Virus record (IMG/VR): IMGVR_UViG_3300025598_000038
Location: 1-63,726 of that record
Length of the DNA stretch: 63,726 bases
Direction: 5' to 3' (one strand)
Source of the DNA: a virus
Taxonomy: Duplodnaviria; Caudoviricetes
Part shown: in pieces, positions 36,089 through 45,900 of the stretch
Layout of the letters: every line of letters starts with the position of its first letter
Position numbering within the stretch: the first letter of the stretch is position 1
The notes under the pieces: model-generated
Databases searched by the model: none
Told to the model about the DNA's origin: nothing
Seen by the model: only the letters and a program-made list of their open reading frames with translations
Position numbers and translations under genes: made by a program

Positions 36089-36117
36089 TTGAACTTTTTT
36101 TTCGAGAAGTCCATCCT
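36089..36117 (+). promoter_or_regulatory. Rightward promoter, probably giving a leaderless RHH transcript
   Basis: TTGAAC-17-CATCCT, with ATG 7 nt after the -10 element and no RBS. Confidence 0.5.
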
Positions 36118-36124
36118 GCGCCCC

Positions 36125-36283
36125 ATGTCATCCAAATCAGACACGTCAGACCGCCGAATCAGCGTCAGGCTTCCTGCGGAGGTCTACAAGGCCCTGAAAG
36201 CGACTACCCGTGGGGCTATGGCTCCGTCGACCTCACAGGTCGTTGTAGCGGCTCTCAGGCGCTTCCTGAAGGTGCAAGCATGA
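36125..36283 (+). CDS. Ribbon-helix-helix (Arc/CopG-like) regulator
   Basis: RRISVRLPAEVYKALK.....STSQVVVAALRRFL; first gene at the divergent switch. Confidence 0.75.
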   Translation: MSSKSDTSDRRISVRLPAEVYKALKATTRGAMAPSTSQVVVAALRRFLKVQA

Positions 36284-36471
36284 GTCTCAGACCCGACATC
36301 GTGGACCGCCTGCTTGAGCGGAACGACGAAACGTCCAGAGATGCCGCAAAGGTCATCATCGAGTTGCGGAAGTCGTACCTCGACGGGCTTGAGGCTTGGC
36401 GCAAAAACAACAACCATCACGCCGCAGAAATTGCGAAGTTGCAGATGGAACTGAAGAAGGCAAAAGGATGA
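36280..36471 (+). CDS. Hypothetical protein
   Basis: DIVDRL...DAAKVIIELR motif; ATGA overlaps. Confidence 0.6.
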   Translation: MSLRPDIVDRLLERNDETSRDAAKVIIELRKSYLDGLEAWRKNNNHHAAEIAKLQMELKKAKG

Positions 36472-36944
36472 TCATCGGCATCGATCCCGGTTTAAACGGC
36501 GCGATCGCGCTTTACGACAGCGTTGAGGGGACGCTTGAGGTCCACGACATGCCTGTCGTCGAGGTGACGCGGAATGGAAAAACGAAGCGTGAGGTTGTTG
36601 CTGCTCTGGTCGCTGACCTCATCGCGGGCAAGGCCGTTGCGGCGGCTTACCTTGAGCGCGTCGGGGCAATGCCGGGACAGGGCGTCACCAGTATGTTCTC
36701 GTTGGGTCGTTCAGTCGGCGTCGTCGAAGGCGTGCTAGGCGCGTACGAGATTCCCGTCACCATCGTGCCGCCGCGCACATGGCAGAAGGCGCTGAACCTG
36801 CGCGATGGCAAGGACGGCTCACGCGAGCGCGCCATGGCTCTGTTCCCGAAGTATTCAGAGTTGTTCAAGCGCAAGAAGGACGACGGCCGCGCTGACGCGA
36901 CGTTGATTGCCTTCTACGGCGCAAAGCACGGAGTAGAAGCATGA
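36468..36944 (+). CDS. RuvC-like Holliday junction resolvase
   Basis: MIIGIDPG.NGAIA, LERVGAMPGQGVTSMFS.G, P..WQK, DGRADA motifs. Confidence 0.88.
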   Translation: MIIGIDPGLNGAIALYDSVEGTLEVHDMPVVEVTRNGKTKREVVAALVADLIAGKAVAAAYLERVGAMPGQGVTSMFSLGRSVGVVEGVLGAYEIPVTIVPPRTWQKALNLRDGKDGSRERAMALFPKYSELFKRKKDDGRADATLIAFYGAKHGVEA

Positions 36945-37135
36945 GTCTCAGGGCGATTGATGGGTTTTCGATGGCGCAATCTCTGACCATCCGCGAGCAT
37001 TTTGCGATCAACATTTTTGCGGCCATGGTCCAGAACGGAAACCACAACACGCATCAGGCGGTCTACCTCGCGCAGGACCTGATCAACGTGTTGAATTCCG
37101 TCACGCCGCCCGACAGCAACGCGGGCAATGCCTGA
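36941..37135 (+). CDS. Hypothetical protein
   Basis: LTIREHFA...AV.LA.DLI..LN small phage family; overlaps neighbours. Confidence 0.6.
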   Translation: MSLRAIDGFSMAQSLTIREHFAINIFAAMVQNGNHNTHQAVYLAQDLINVLNSVTPPDSNAGNA

Positions 37136-37890
37136 TGTCATTTGCCGCATTCGGTATCAAGCATCTTTCGCCATCGACTCTGAACGGCTTTGCGGCGCAG
37201 CCCGCTATGTTCGTCATGCAGAAGGTGCTGGGCCGCACGCAGCCTGTCGGCGCCGCCGCGCATCGCGGCACGTGCGTTGAAGAAGGCATTGTGCATGGCC
37301 TGATGAACCGTAAGTCGTCTTTGCGTGATTGTTGCGAGATTGCGATCAGCAAATTTCAGACGTTGACGGCGTTGTCGTCGGATCCGCGCATCGACAAAGA
37401 GGCTGGCGCGATCATTCTGATGATTGAGGAAGGCTTGAAGGCATTATTGCCGATGGGCGGCTTGATCTCGACACAGGGCGAGGTCCGCATTGAGGTCCCC
37501 GGCCTTGAGGTGCCGCTCTTCGGCTACTACGACATGCTGTTTGAATCGGGCGCGCTTGTTGACCTGAAGACGACGCACGCACTGCCGTCGAAGATCAGCG
37601 TGCCGCACGCGCGGCAGGTTGCGCTCTACTCGAAAGGCGTTAGCGCGGGCGACAAGCCGATCGACCCAATGATTGCGTACGTGACGCCGAAGAAGTCGGC
37701 CACGTATCGGCTTGAAAATGCCGATGAGCATTTCAACGCATTGGTTAAAATTGCACTGACCGTTCAGAAACTGGTCAACATTTCGGATGACCCGATGGAG
37801 ATTGCATCGCTTGTGACTCCTGACGTCGATTCGTTTTATTGGAACGATCCACTTGCCCGCCAAGCGGCATTTGAGGTGTGGGGCGTTTGA
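37135..37890 (+). CDS. PD-(D/E)XK exonuclease (RecB/Cas4-like)
   Basis: HLSPS, RGT..E, GYYD...VDLKT, QVALY motifs. Confidence 0.85.
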   Translation: MSFAAFGIKHLSPSTLNGFAAQPAMFVMQKVLGRTQPVGAAAHRGTCVEEGIVHGLMNRKSSLRDCCEIAISKFQTLTALSSDPRIDKEAGAIILMIEEGLKALLPMGGLISTQGEVRIEVPGLEVPLFGYYDMLFESGALVDLKTTHALPSKISVPHARQVALYSKGVSAGDKPIDPMIAYVTPKKSATYRLENADEHFNALVKIALTVQKLVNISDDPMEIASLVTPDVDSFYWNDPLARQAAFEVWGV

Positions 37891-37954
37891 TGGATTGGGC
37901 GTTGTGCCCGAAGGCAAGTAGCAGGCCAGACTGCTGCATTTTGGAGAAACGACA

Positions 37955-38599
37955 ATGGCTTTAGGTTTTAACTTTGCTTCGGAAGGCGGCAGCGACATCA
38001 TCCCGATCGTCAAGTATGACGCTCGTGCTGGCCGCTTCTCACTGCGCGACTACGTTGATGGCGCGTACGTGACGAAAGACATCACCAACGAATTCGCGGC
38101 CATCTTCGATGTTGAAAACATCGAGACGGGCAGCATCGACTTCAGCACGGGCGGCGCGCCGTCGTTTGCTGTTGCGAAGTTTGGCGATCGCATTCCGGCT
38201 CCGCCTTCGGCGAATCACAAGCCGGGTTTCCGCATCCTGATCAAGTTGAGCAACACGTTGGGCGGCACCATTCGTGAGTTCGCATCGACTGCGCGCTCGT
38301 GCCTGCGTGGCATCGACGAGTTGCATAACGCATATCTGGCTGGCGCGAAGTCCAACCCCGGTATGTTGCCGATCGTGAAGTTGAAGGCGACGGTCCCTGT
38401 GACCACTGGCGAGGGCGCGAAGAAGAGCACGAACTACGTGCCGACGTTCGAGATCATCAAATGGGTCGCTCGTCCGGCGGATCTTGTTTACGTTCCTAAG
38501 GCTGTTACTGCCGCTCCTGCGGTGGGTGGAACGGTTCAAGTGCCTCCGAGCACGGGTTCTACGCCCGTTAATCTGGGAACGGCCGACGACTTCGGCTAA
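37955..38599 (+). CDS. Putative ssDNA-binding/annealing protein
   Basis: Follows the exonuclease; VKYDARAGRF..P.FEIIKWV.RP, flexible tail ending in acidic DDFG; GGAG RBS. Confidence 0.6.
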   Translation: MALGFNFASEGGSDIIPIVKYDARAGRFSLRDYVDGAYVTKDITNEFAAIFDVENIETGSIDFSTGGAPSFAVAKFGDRIPAPPSANHKPGFRILIKLSNTLGGTIREFASTARSCLRGIDELHNAYLAGAKSNPGMLPIVKLKATVPVTTGEGAKKSTNYVPTFEIIKWVARPADLVYVPKAVTAAPAVGGTVQVPPSTGSTPVNLGTADDFG

Positions 38600-38648
38600 T
38601 CTTCGCAGGCGGTGGGGGACGGCCCTCACCGCCTTATGGAGACTACCG

Positions 38649-38876
38649 ATGCGATTCCAAATCACGTTGAACATGCCCTCGCGGGCTCAAAGCCTTGTCC
38701 ATCAAGTCATCGGCGATGCCGATGTCGATTCTTTTGAAGAATTCATTCAGTTGTGTAACGACAACCCGTTCATCATCGTCGAAGAAATCTACAAAGACGG
38801 CATGAGCACTAAGTCGGTTGGCCCGATGGGCATCAACACCGCGCACATTGGCAAGATCAAAGAGTTCACGCCTTAG
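38649..38876 (+). CDS. Hypothetical protein
   Basis: MRFQITLNMPSR...HIGKIK; GGAG RBS; last gene of the plus-strand operon. Confidence 0.6.
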   Translation: MRFQITLNMPSRAQSLVHQVIGDADVDSFEEFIQLCNDNPFIIVEEIYKDGMSTKSVGPMGINTAHIGKIKEFTP

Positions 38877-39334
38877 GTCAGCAGGACAGGCACGGAAGCG
38901 CCAACAGTCGTGCCAAACAGCGTCGTGGTGTCGGATCGAGAGAACAGATAGCGCGTGTTGGCCACATTCGCTAACACCGCGTTGTCGAATGTTGCCGTCG
39001 GCGATGTCATGGTCACGCCCGCCACCGTCAGCGTGCTGATCAGCGTGGTGTTGTTCCCCGCGACGTAAACGTAGTAGCCCGAAGCGCTGGTGGTGCTTGC
39101 AGGCGTGCTGACCGACGCAATTCCAAGAATCTGCACGCCGTTGATGTAAAGTGGTGACGGAATGACGCTACCAGCCACGGGGGAGTCTGGGTAGTAGATG
39201 CTCCCGCTGCCAGAGATGGTGCTCCATCCCCACCATGTCAACGTGCTGCGTCCCGTTGTGGTGGTCATGGTGCCGACAATCACCGACACGTTGATGCCGC
39301 CCAAATAGCCTAGAGTGCGCGTCGCGAAAGTCAT
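38873..39334 (-). CDS. Tail-fibre-associated/adhesin-like protein
   Basis: Thr/Ser/Gly beta-rich; ATGA-coupled to the tail fibre gene. Confidence 0.55.
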   Translation of the reverse strand: MTFATRTLGYLGGINVSVIVGTMTTTTGRSTLTWWGWSTISGSGSIYYPDSPVAGSVIPSPLYINGVQILGIASVSTPASTTSASGYYVYVAGNNTTLISTLTVAGVTMTSPTATFDNAVLANVANTRYLFSRSDTTTLFGTTVGASVPVLLT

Positions 39335-40587
39335 GCGAAGGCCTTTGAGAGCGTGCAATACCAGTAGCCCGTGCTGCTGCGGTAGGTCATCACCAGAAGA
39401 TCTACCGCGCTGCTCGTAGTCGAGATGGCAGGCACCGTGCCGCCGGGCCACTTAAACGACGTCGGCCACGCCAGCGTCCATGAGGATCCCTGCGTAATAA
39501 ACAGGTTGATGGTCTGGCCATCGACTTTGTTGTTGATCGTCCATCCGGTGTTGGGCACGTTGCCCGTCATCACCAAGGTCTGGACGTTCGATGCCGAGCA
39601 GTCCATCGTAAATCCAGTGCCGCTGTTTCCGATGTTGACCGATGGAGTGGCTGCTTGCTTGAACTGAGCCAGCGCTGGCGTCGTCTGCCCGAGGTTGACG
39701 TTATCCATAGTCCCGGCAGTGCCAGTGCCCGTAATCGAGATCAGGCCCGACAGCGCGACCGCTCGAGTCAGGACCAATTGGTTGATCGTCGCATATGGCG
39801 ACGTCAGGAAGCCGTTAACCGCTTCGCCCGTCGTGGCCGAGAACATCGGTTGCGCCGCAAGGTTGGGATATGACGGAGAGATCGTGTAGGTCGGACCTGA
39901 GCCGCTGATAGTCGCGCCAGACGGGATACTGGGGGCGTAGACCTTTTGATTTGCGGCGATTGTGCCCGTCACGCTCGAGACCGTCAGGACGGTTCCCGTG
40001 GCGTCTGTGGAGCCCGTAAACGTCGCGGTGACAGTGCTGTCGCCGACCGTCAGGATGTTGCCATCAAAAGCCAAGTTTGCGGAGCCTGCCAGCGAACCGC
40101 CCGAGTTGTATTGCACCTGACTGGTAGACCCGGCCGCCGCCAGCGCGCCAGACAGGCCGCTGAACACGTTGGTACCGTCGCAGAACAGCAGGGTGCGCGT
40201 CGATGGCTGCAAGACAACGCTCGTGCCGCCACCGCCCGACGTGATCGTCACCGTGTAAGACGTCGTCGAAGGCGTGCCAGTCGGGCAGGCATTCGCGATC
40301 GACCAAAAGCCGCCGACGCCTGACGGGATCTGGTAGGTCACGTTGGTGTACCCGGCCGTCAGAGTGCCCGCCGAGATGACGATGTTGGGAGGCCGATACT
40401 GGGTAACCGTCAGGACAATGACCGAAGCGCCCGTGGACGTCGGGTTAATCGTCGTCGTACCGCCAAAGCACGCATCGATGGCCGCCCAGTCGGCATTAAC
40501 GGGAGAATCCCAAGTATTGCTGTAGGCGCCATTGGCAGGCTGCTCGAACGTCTTGTTTGTCGTAAAAGTACTTGGCGGGGTTGGCAT
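39331..40587 (-). CDS. Tail fibre protein
   Basis: N-terminal anchor (EQPANG...TW....N....ID), AAGSTSQVQYNSGG..AGSA repeat, C-terminal WP...KWPGGTVP..ST...VD domain. Confidence 0.75.
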   Translation of the reverse strand: MPTPPSTFTTNKTFEQPANGAYSNTWDSPVNADWAAIDACFGGTTTINPTSTGASVIVLTVTQYRPPNIVISAGTLTAGYTNVTYQIPSGVGGFWSIANACPTGTPSTTSYTVTITSGGGGTSVVLQPSTRTLLFCDGTNVFSGLSGALAAAGSTSQVQYNSGGSLAGSANLAFDGNILTVGDSTVTATFTGSTDATGTVLTVSSVTGTIAANQKVYAPSIPSGATISGSGPTYTISPSYPNLAAQPMFSATTGEAVNGFLTSPYATINQLVLTRAVALSGLISITGTGTAGTMDNVNLGQTTPALAQFKQAATPSVNIGNSGTGFTMDCSASNVQTLVMTGNVPNTGWTINNKVDGQTINLFITQGSSWTLAWPTSFKWPGGTVPAISTTSSAVDLLVMTYRSSTGYWYCTLSKAFA

Positions 40588-40595
40588 TGCGACTC

Positions 40596-42965
40596 CTAAA
40601 TTGCGTCCTGCGCGACCTTCAGCGCCTGCACGATATGCTCGTCGGGCGAATCGAGAAGCGGCTTCGTAGTCATGTCAGTCAGTTTCTTGGCCTGCTTATA
40701 GCGGCTCATGAGGCGTTGCACCAGCGGCTCAATGTCGTTCAGGCGGCCACCGGAAGCGCGGCCAACACGGCCGCCTGTAGCACGGCCTGTGACGCTATGA
40801 ACGTAATTGCGCGTCTCTTCCGGCAAGTGCTCAAGAAAGTCTTTGCCGCTGAAATGCGCGTCTGCCAAGGCATCTTTAACGCGCTGAGGTCCAGCGTTAT
40901 ACGCCGCAACGGCATGACGCTCATCGCCAAACATGTCCTTGAGGTGCTCAAAATACGCTTTGCCCAATTTCCGATTGTAGTCAGCGTCGTTGCGGAATCG
41001 ATTTTCATCCCAGTCTTCGCCCGCAAGGCGCGCGGCTTCAGGGCCAGTACCCGGCATGATCTGCGCGGCACCGATGGCACCAGCCGACGACGTTTTCGGA
41101 TTTCCCTTTTCGTCGAACTGCTTATTGTTACTTTCCTGATGAAGAATCTTCGAGTACGTGTCTGCGCCTTTGTCAGGCGCTGCAGCAGGGGCCTCAGAAA
41201 GTGCTTCTGGCTCGTTCTCGCGTTCCGCATTGCCTGCGTAGTAGGTCGAGTTCTTTGGCAATGCCTTTACAACCTTGGATACGGCTCGAGAGGCTGGCGC
41301 AATGCCAGTCAGTGCGCCTAAACGGCCAGCGCCGTAGTTCAAAGCACCAACAACCTTGGGTGAACCCGCAATCATCGTAGCGGCGCCAACAACGGGATGC
41401 ACGCCGTGACCCAGAATCGAGCCAGCGATCATGTCTTGAATTGTGTGCGTGACGCCTGCCGTGGCCGGATTCACCGCATGGCCTGCCAACATGGCGGGCA
41501 ACGTCGGTTCGTACTTGGCCATCCTCTCGAGCATGTTGACGCCCGTGGTGTCTTTGATGGATCGCAGCGCCTTTGCCATCGACGCCGTGGCGCCCGTCTT
41601 GTCTCCGCCGATGAGCAACTTCTTGGCGTCATTCACGCCGCTCATGGCAGTCGAGTACTTTTCCATCAAATCGTCGTAAGCCGGGTCGATTGCGCGAATG
41701 GACCCTTTGACACTGTTGTAGATGGCGCCCAGATGGCGTTGCGCGGCTGGATTGTTCGTTCCATTCATCAGGTCGCCGATAGCCTGCTTCAGGTTATCGA
41801 AACTGTGAATCGTCGGCTGAACAGGCGAACCGCCATTCACGCCATACTTGTGTTCTTTGACAAGTTGTTCGACCTGATCAATCGCAGAATTGGCGTTTTG
41901 AAATGCGGCTGATCCGGGACCTGCCAATTGAGTTTCTTGACGCGCGGCCGCTATCGCGTCTTCGACAGGTTGAAAACTAGGCGCTCCCGGCTGAAGAGAT
42001 CCTTTTTTCCGAATGTAATCATTAACGGCAGCCTGCTTATCCTGTTTAAGCGCGCTTTCTGACTTGGACACCCATTCAGTAGGATCGCCCTCTCCGCGCG
42101 CAAACCGATTGTAGGCGTCACGCATGGCGTCGCCTGCTTTGCCCGTCATGGAGCCAATTTTGGTAGCAACTTGCTGCGCGTATGTAGACACACCGCTGGC
42201 CTTACTCATTGCGCCGCGCGCGATGTTGACTGGCAACTTCGCGGCGCCAACCGCCAACTGCCCGGCTCGAGCAACAGGGTTTAACTTATCGACGATCGAC
42301 GCTGCCTTTCCTGCAGCACCCGCAATCTTTTCAAGGCCAGCCACTTTGCCTACCGCTCCCGCTCCACCAAGGAACGTCGAAGCGTCCATCAGGATGCCTG
42401 CAGGATCTTCGGCAAGTGCTTTTTTGAAGCCAGCAATCGATCCATATACGTTCTTGTAATGGTCTTCAAGCGCGCCGATCAGTTTCTCGTCTTCGGGATT
42501 GTGCTCGAATCCCATCGCGCCCTTAGCCTGCGAATATCCGCCGTATGCGATCGCCGCCAGCGCCTTGGCCGTGTCGATAGGGTGCAAGATGCCGCTGGCT
42601 GCCGCATTAACGGCGCCAAATGCACTGGGAATGGCATTCGACAACGCTTTAGATCCCACTTCTCCCCAACTCATCTCAGGCTCACCCGGCGCCGATGGCG
42701 TTCCGGCTTGATGCCAAATCGTCTTATTGCTCTTGGGCTTTTCTCCGCCTTCGCTTCCCGGAGGTGCAGGGTCACCCGCCAACCTCACGCCCTTAGCGCG
42801 AAGGCTTTGAAGGCTCTTCTGATAATCCTCATCAGACAAATCGCCCGGCGCCTTCGGCTGCACAGGCGCTTGAGCCGCTGGCGCGACGGGCTCTTCAGGC
42901 GACGGTTCTGGAGGAGCCCCGTATCGAGCAGCGTAGTCGTAGTCGTTGCTAGGATCGTACGGCAT
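40596..42965 (-). CDS. Internal virion/ejection protein with lytic transglycosylase (SLT) domain
   Basis: QES, SSAGAIGAAQIMPGT, AVAAYNAGP, PEETRNYV motifs near the C-terminus. Confidence 0.88.
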   Translation of the reverse strand: MPYDPSNDYDYAARYGAPPEPSPEEPVAPAAQAPVQPKAPGDLSDEDYQKSLQSLRAKGVRLAGDPAPPGSEGGEKPKSNKTIWHQAGTPSAPGEPEMSWGEVGSKALSNAIPSAFGAVNAAASGILHPIDTAKALAAIAYGGYSQAKGAMGFEHNPEDEKLIGALEDHYKNVYGSIAGFKKALAEDPAGILMDASTFLGGAGAVGKVAGLEKIAGAAGKAASIVDKLNPVARAGQLAVGAAKLPVNIARGAMSKASGVSTYAQQVATKIGSMTGKAGDAMRDAYNRFARGEGDPTEWVSKSESALKQDKQAAVNDYIRKKGSLQPGAPSFQPVEDAIAAARQETQLAGPGSAAFQNANSAIDQVEQLVKEHKYGVNGGSPVQPTIHSFDNLKQAIGDLMNGTNNPAAQRHLGAIYNSVKGSIRAIDPAYDDLMEKYSTAMSGVNDAKKLLIGGDKTGATASMAKALRSIKDTTGVNMLERMAKYEPTLPAMLAGHAVNPATAGVTHTIQDMIAGSILGHGVHPVVGAATMIAGSPKVVGALNYGAGRLGALTGIAPASRAVSKVVKALPKNSTYYAGNAERENEPEALSEAPAAAPDKGADTYSKILHQESNNKQFDEKGNPKTSSAGAIGAAQIMPGTGPEAARLAGEDWDENRFRNDADYNRKLGKAYFEHLKDMFGDERHAVAAYNAGPQRVKDALADAHFSGKDFLEHLPEETRNYVHSVTGRATGGRVGRASGGRLNDIEPLVQRLMSRYKQAKKLTDMTTKPLLDSPDEHIVQALKVAQDAI

Positions 42966-42969
42966 ACCG

Positions 42970-45900
42970 TTACCTGCCTAAGATGTATCGAGTGATTCCG
43001 CGAGCGTTGTGATTACGCTCCCAAGCCTGAATTTCTTGCTGACTAAACGAGCCGTTAAGAACGCCCTTCAGAAAGTTATTGTCTTCCAAGGCAGCCGTCA
43101 GTTTGTCCTTGTCAGGGAAATAGTGGTCGTCCGACCCGTCACGCTTTCTAAACTGCCTGTCAGCACTGCGAGCATTAAAACTGTACGGGCTCTTTGAATA
43201 ATTCCTTGCATCGCGGACGTAGTCTTCTTTGTCCAAATCTTTTTGCTTTTCGAGCATCAAAGAGGACAGCATCGAAAGGGCCGTATGACGATCTAGATTT
43301 GTACCCGGAACGCCAGTGCCTGCTTCCATTAAAGACTGCAGCGAATGCTGCTGGCTATCGCTGGCAAGGTTAAACCGCAACGCAGCAGAAATTTTATCTG
43401 CCATCGTATGGTTTGTGATGTCACTTTGATCTGCAACCAACTCAGGGTGTCCGCCCATCTTTACAAGGTCATTGTAATAGTTGAGCGCGGTTGCTCTGAT
43501 GTCCGAAAACGGACCTGAATGCAAGAACGTATTGTCATCGATTCCGCTAATCGATGAAGCCAGCGTCGTTAAATTAGAGCCATGACGCCTGCCAGCCTCT
43601 GCTTTGGCAGAAATGGAATTTTCAAAATTATCTGAATCAGTCTTATTGCGCTGAAGACTCGCGGCACCCATCGATCCCGGACCACGCATGAAATTCTGCG
43701 CGTCGAGATCCATTTCGGCTCGAGCCTCAGGAGACACCAACGGCCTGCCGTTTATGTTTGTAGGCTGGTACGCAATGGGAGACACGGGCTTTTGCGGAGG
43801 CGCGTTGATAACTTTCCCTGCGGCAAGTCGATTCATTCCAGCAACGGACTCTGCAGAACCCCATGTGGCAGGCTGCCCCATGTCCATCCACTGGCCATAA
43901 GGCACCCAATTGCCTTGCGCCAATCGTACAAGACCCTTATTCGTATCGATCGCATCAGCCGAAATATTGTTAGTGCGGATTGCGTTCTCGATATCGATTC
44001 CGCGATTCTGCGCTTGCTGAGCCGTGATTTCGGCCTGCTTCATTTGCGTCGGCAGATACGACTGAACGCCAGCGTTCACCCCATACGCGAGCGCATTGCC
44101 CAAATGCTGAGTGGGCGCATTGATTGCCGCCGTGACGCCCGTTGCAATCGGGATGATCTTGCTAGGATCCCAATTGCCTTTTTCATCTTTGAACAGCCTG
44201 CTAATAATTCCGGGATGCTGCTCTTCTGGAGCGACTGACGGATTGCGCGGGGTTGCGTTCAACTTGTCAATCATCGAAGGATTGGCAGACACGGCCGAAC
44301 TTTGTGGAGCAGGTGGAGCCAACCCAGTCGCGGTGGTTTCATCGGCGGGCTGTGCGGCCACTGGCTTCTTTTCAGGCGCAGGCGGGCCTTCGCCAACAAA
44401 ATTCGGCGATGCCGGGCCTACAAAAGATGATGTTCCATAAGACTCAGCAGGCGGCGGTGCCGCAGGAGATGCAACAGGCGCGAGTTTTGGTTTCAATCCC
44501 GGCTTTGGATAAAAGCGCGCTTCATCTTCCTTGTCCTGCCTAACCATTGTTTCATGAGCGGTTTCAGGACGAGATGTTGCTGGAGTCGATTCTTGTTTGC
44601 CCGCCAACCCCTGCTTAAGGGTGTCAAACGGATGCATAAACTGATTGAGCGACGGCATGTCGAACCAGCCCAAAGGCTTATCTTGTGGCTGATCGCTATT
44701 GGGCATGTCAGGCAGCGGGTCGCTGCTATCCCAGCCACCTCCATCGCCGCTAACGACACCCGCCTTGTCTTTGTGAATCCGACCGCCCTCAGCCCGGCGC
44801 AGCCCTTCAAGTGCCGCGCGAATTTGTGGATGCATGGGGCCGCCAACTTCTGCCTTTCCAGCGCCCTGCATCATCGGACGCGGCATTGCGAGACCCATAT
44901 GAGGCGCCATAGCCGGGTTAACGCCCGGAACGCCGCCGTAGGCGTGACCTTCGCGCTCAATGGCTCCGCCGCGAGCAGCAAACAAAGCGGCTACCTGAGC
45001 GATGGCTTTAAGATCTTGTGCGTTTTGATCAGTCGGAGGCGCTGCCGAATTCATGGACGGCAATTTCGCCTGAGACGTTTCCTCTGGAATGTCGAGTCCG
45101 GTTTCGCCGCCGTCCGCATATCCAGCAAGTCCGCCACGCGCTAAAGTTGGCGGGTCATTTGCAACGGAAGGCATTCCGCCAAAATTTACAACATTCTGTG
45201 CCGCATCAGCCGTTTCGGGATTAATGTCTCCAATGTTCCCTTGGAAATTTTTAATATCCCGGCCAGCCTGATAACTGTTGTAGGCATTTTTGGCCGAATT
45301 GTAAATGTCCTGACCCTTTTTCCAATCTTTATTGAGCCCTTCAGCCAAATCGTTCATCGATTTAACTTGATCCGATGCGCTCTTCGGTTGAGGCATGCGC
45401 GGATTGTTTGGCGTGAGCATATGCGGAATGGCGTTGCCGCTTTGCGGGATAAGGCCCTGAGTTCCGCCATACGGCGCGTTGCCTTTGCTGCCGTAGAAAG
45501 TCGCGTGCGCGTACGGCGCATTCGATTCAAGGCTGGACTGCTGGGCTTGCAGAATGGCGTTGAAATCAACAGGAGAAACGCCTGAAGGAGTCGCCTGAAC
45601 GCCGCCATAGGCAAAGGGCTCACGTACTCCACTAAGGCCAACCAGCCCACCCTGACTTGTAGAGCCGCCGTGAGCATGTCCTTCGCGCTTAATGGCGCCA
45701 CCTCGCGCGGCAAAGAGGCCGCCCGGCGTCGTGGTCGTCTGCGTCTGCCCGGACAGCGCGCCAATACCTTCGACAGCGTTTGTGTAGAACTGCGATGCTT
45801 GGAAGGGAAAGGCTTCTGCCATGTTGAATTGATTGTAGAGCGCGGCGTCCTGCGCCTGCTGAGTCTGCTGCTGCAGCGTACCTGCACCGATCTGCGCCTG

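Noticed and set aside
37135-37890. cas4 as part of a CRISPR system
   Set aside because: Stand-alone PD-(D/E)XK nuclease in a recombination operon; no Fe-S cysteine cluster pattern, no other cas genes, no array.
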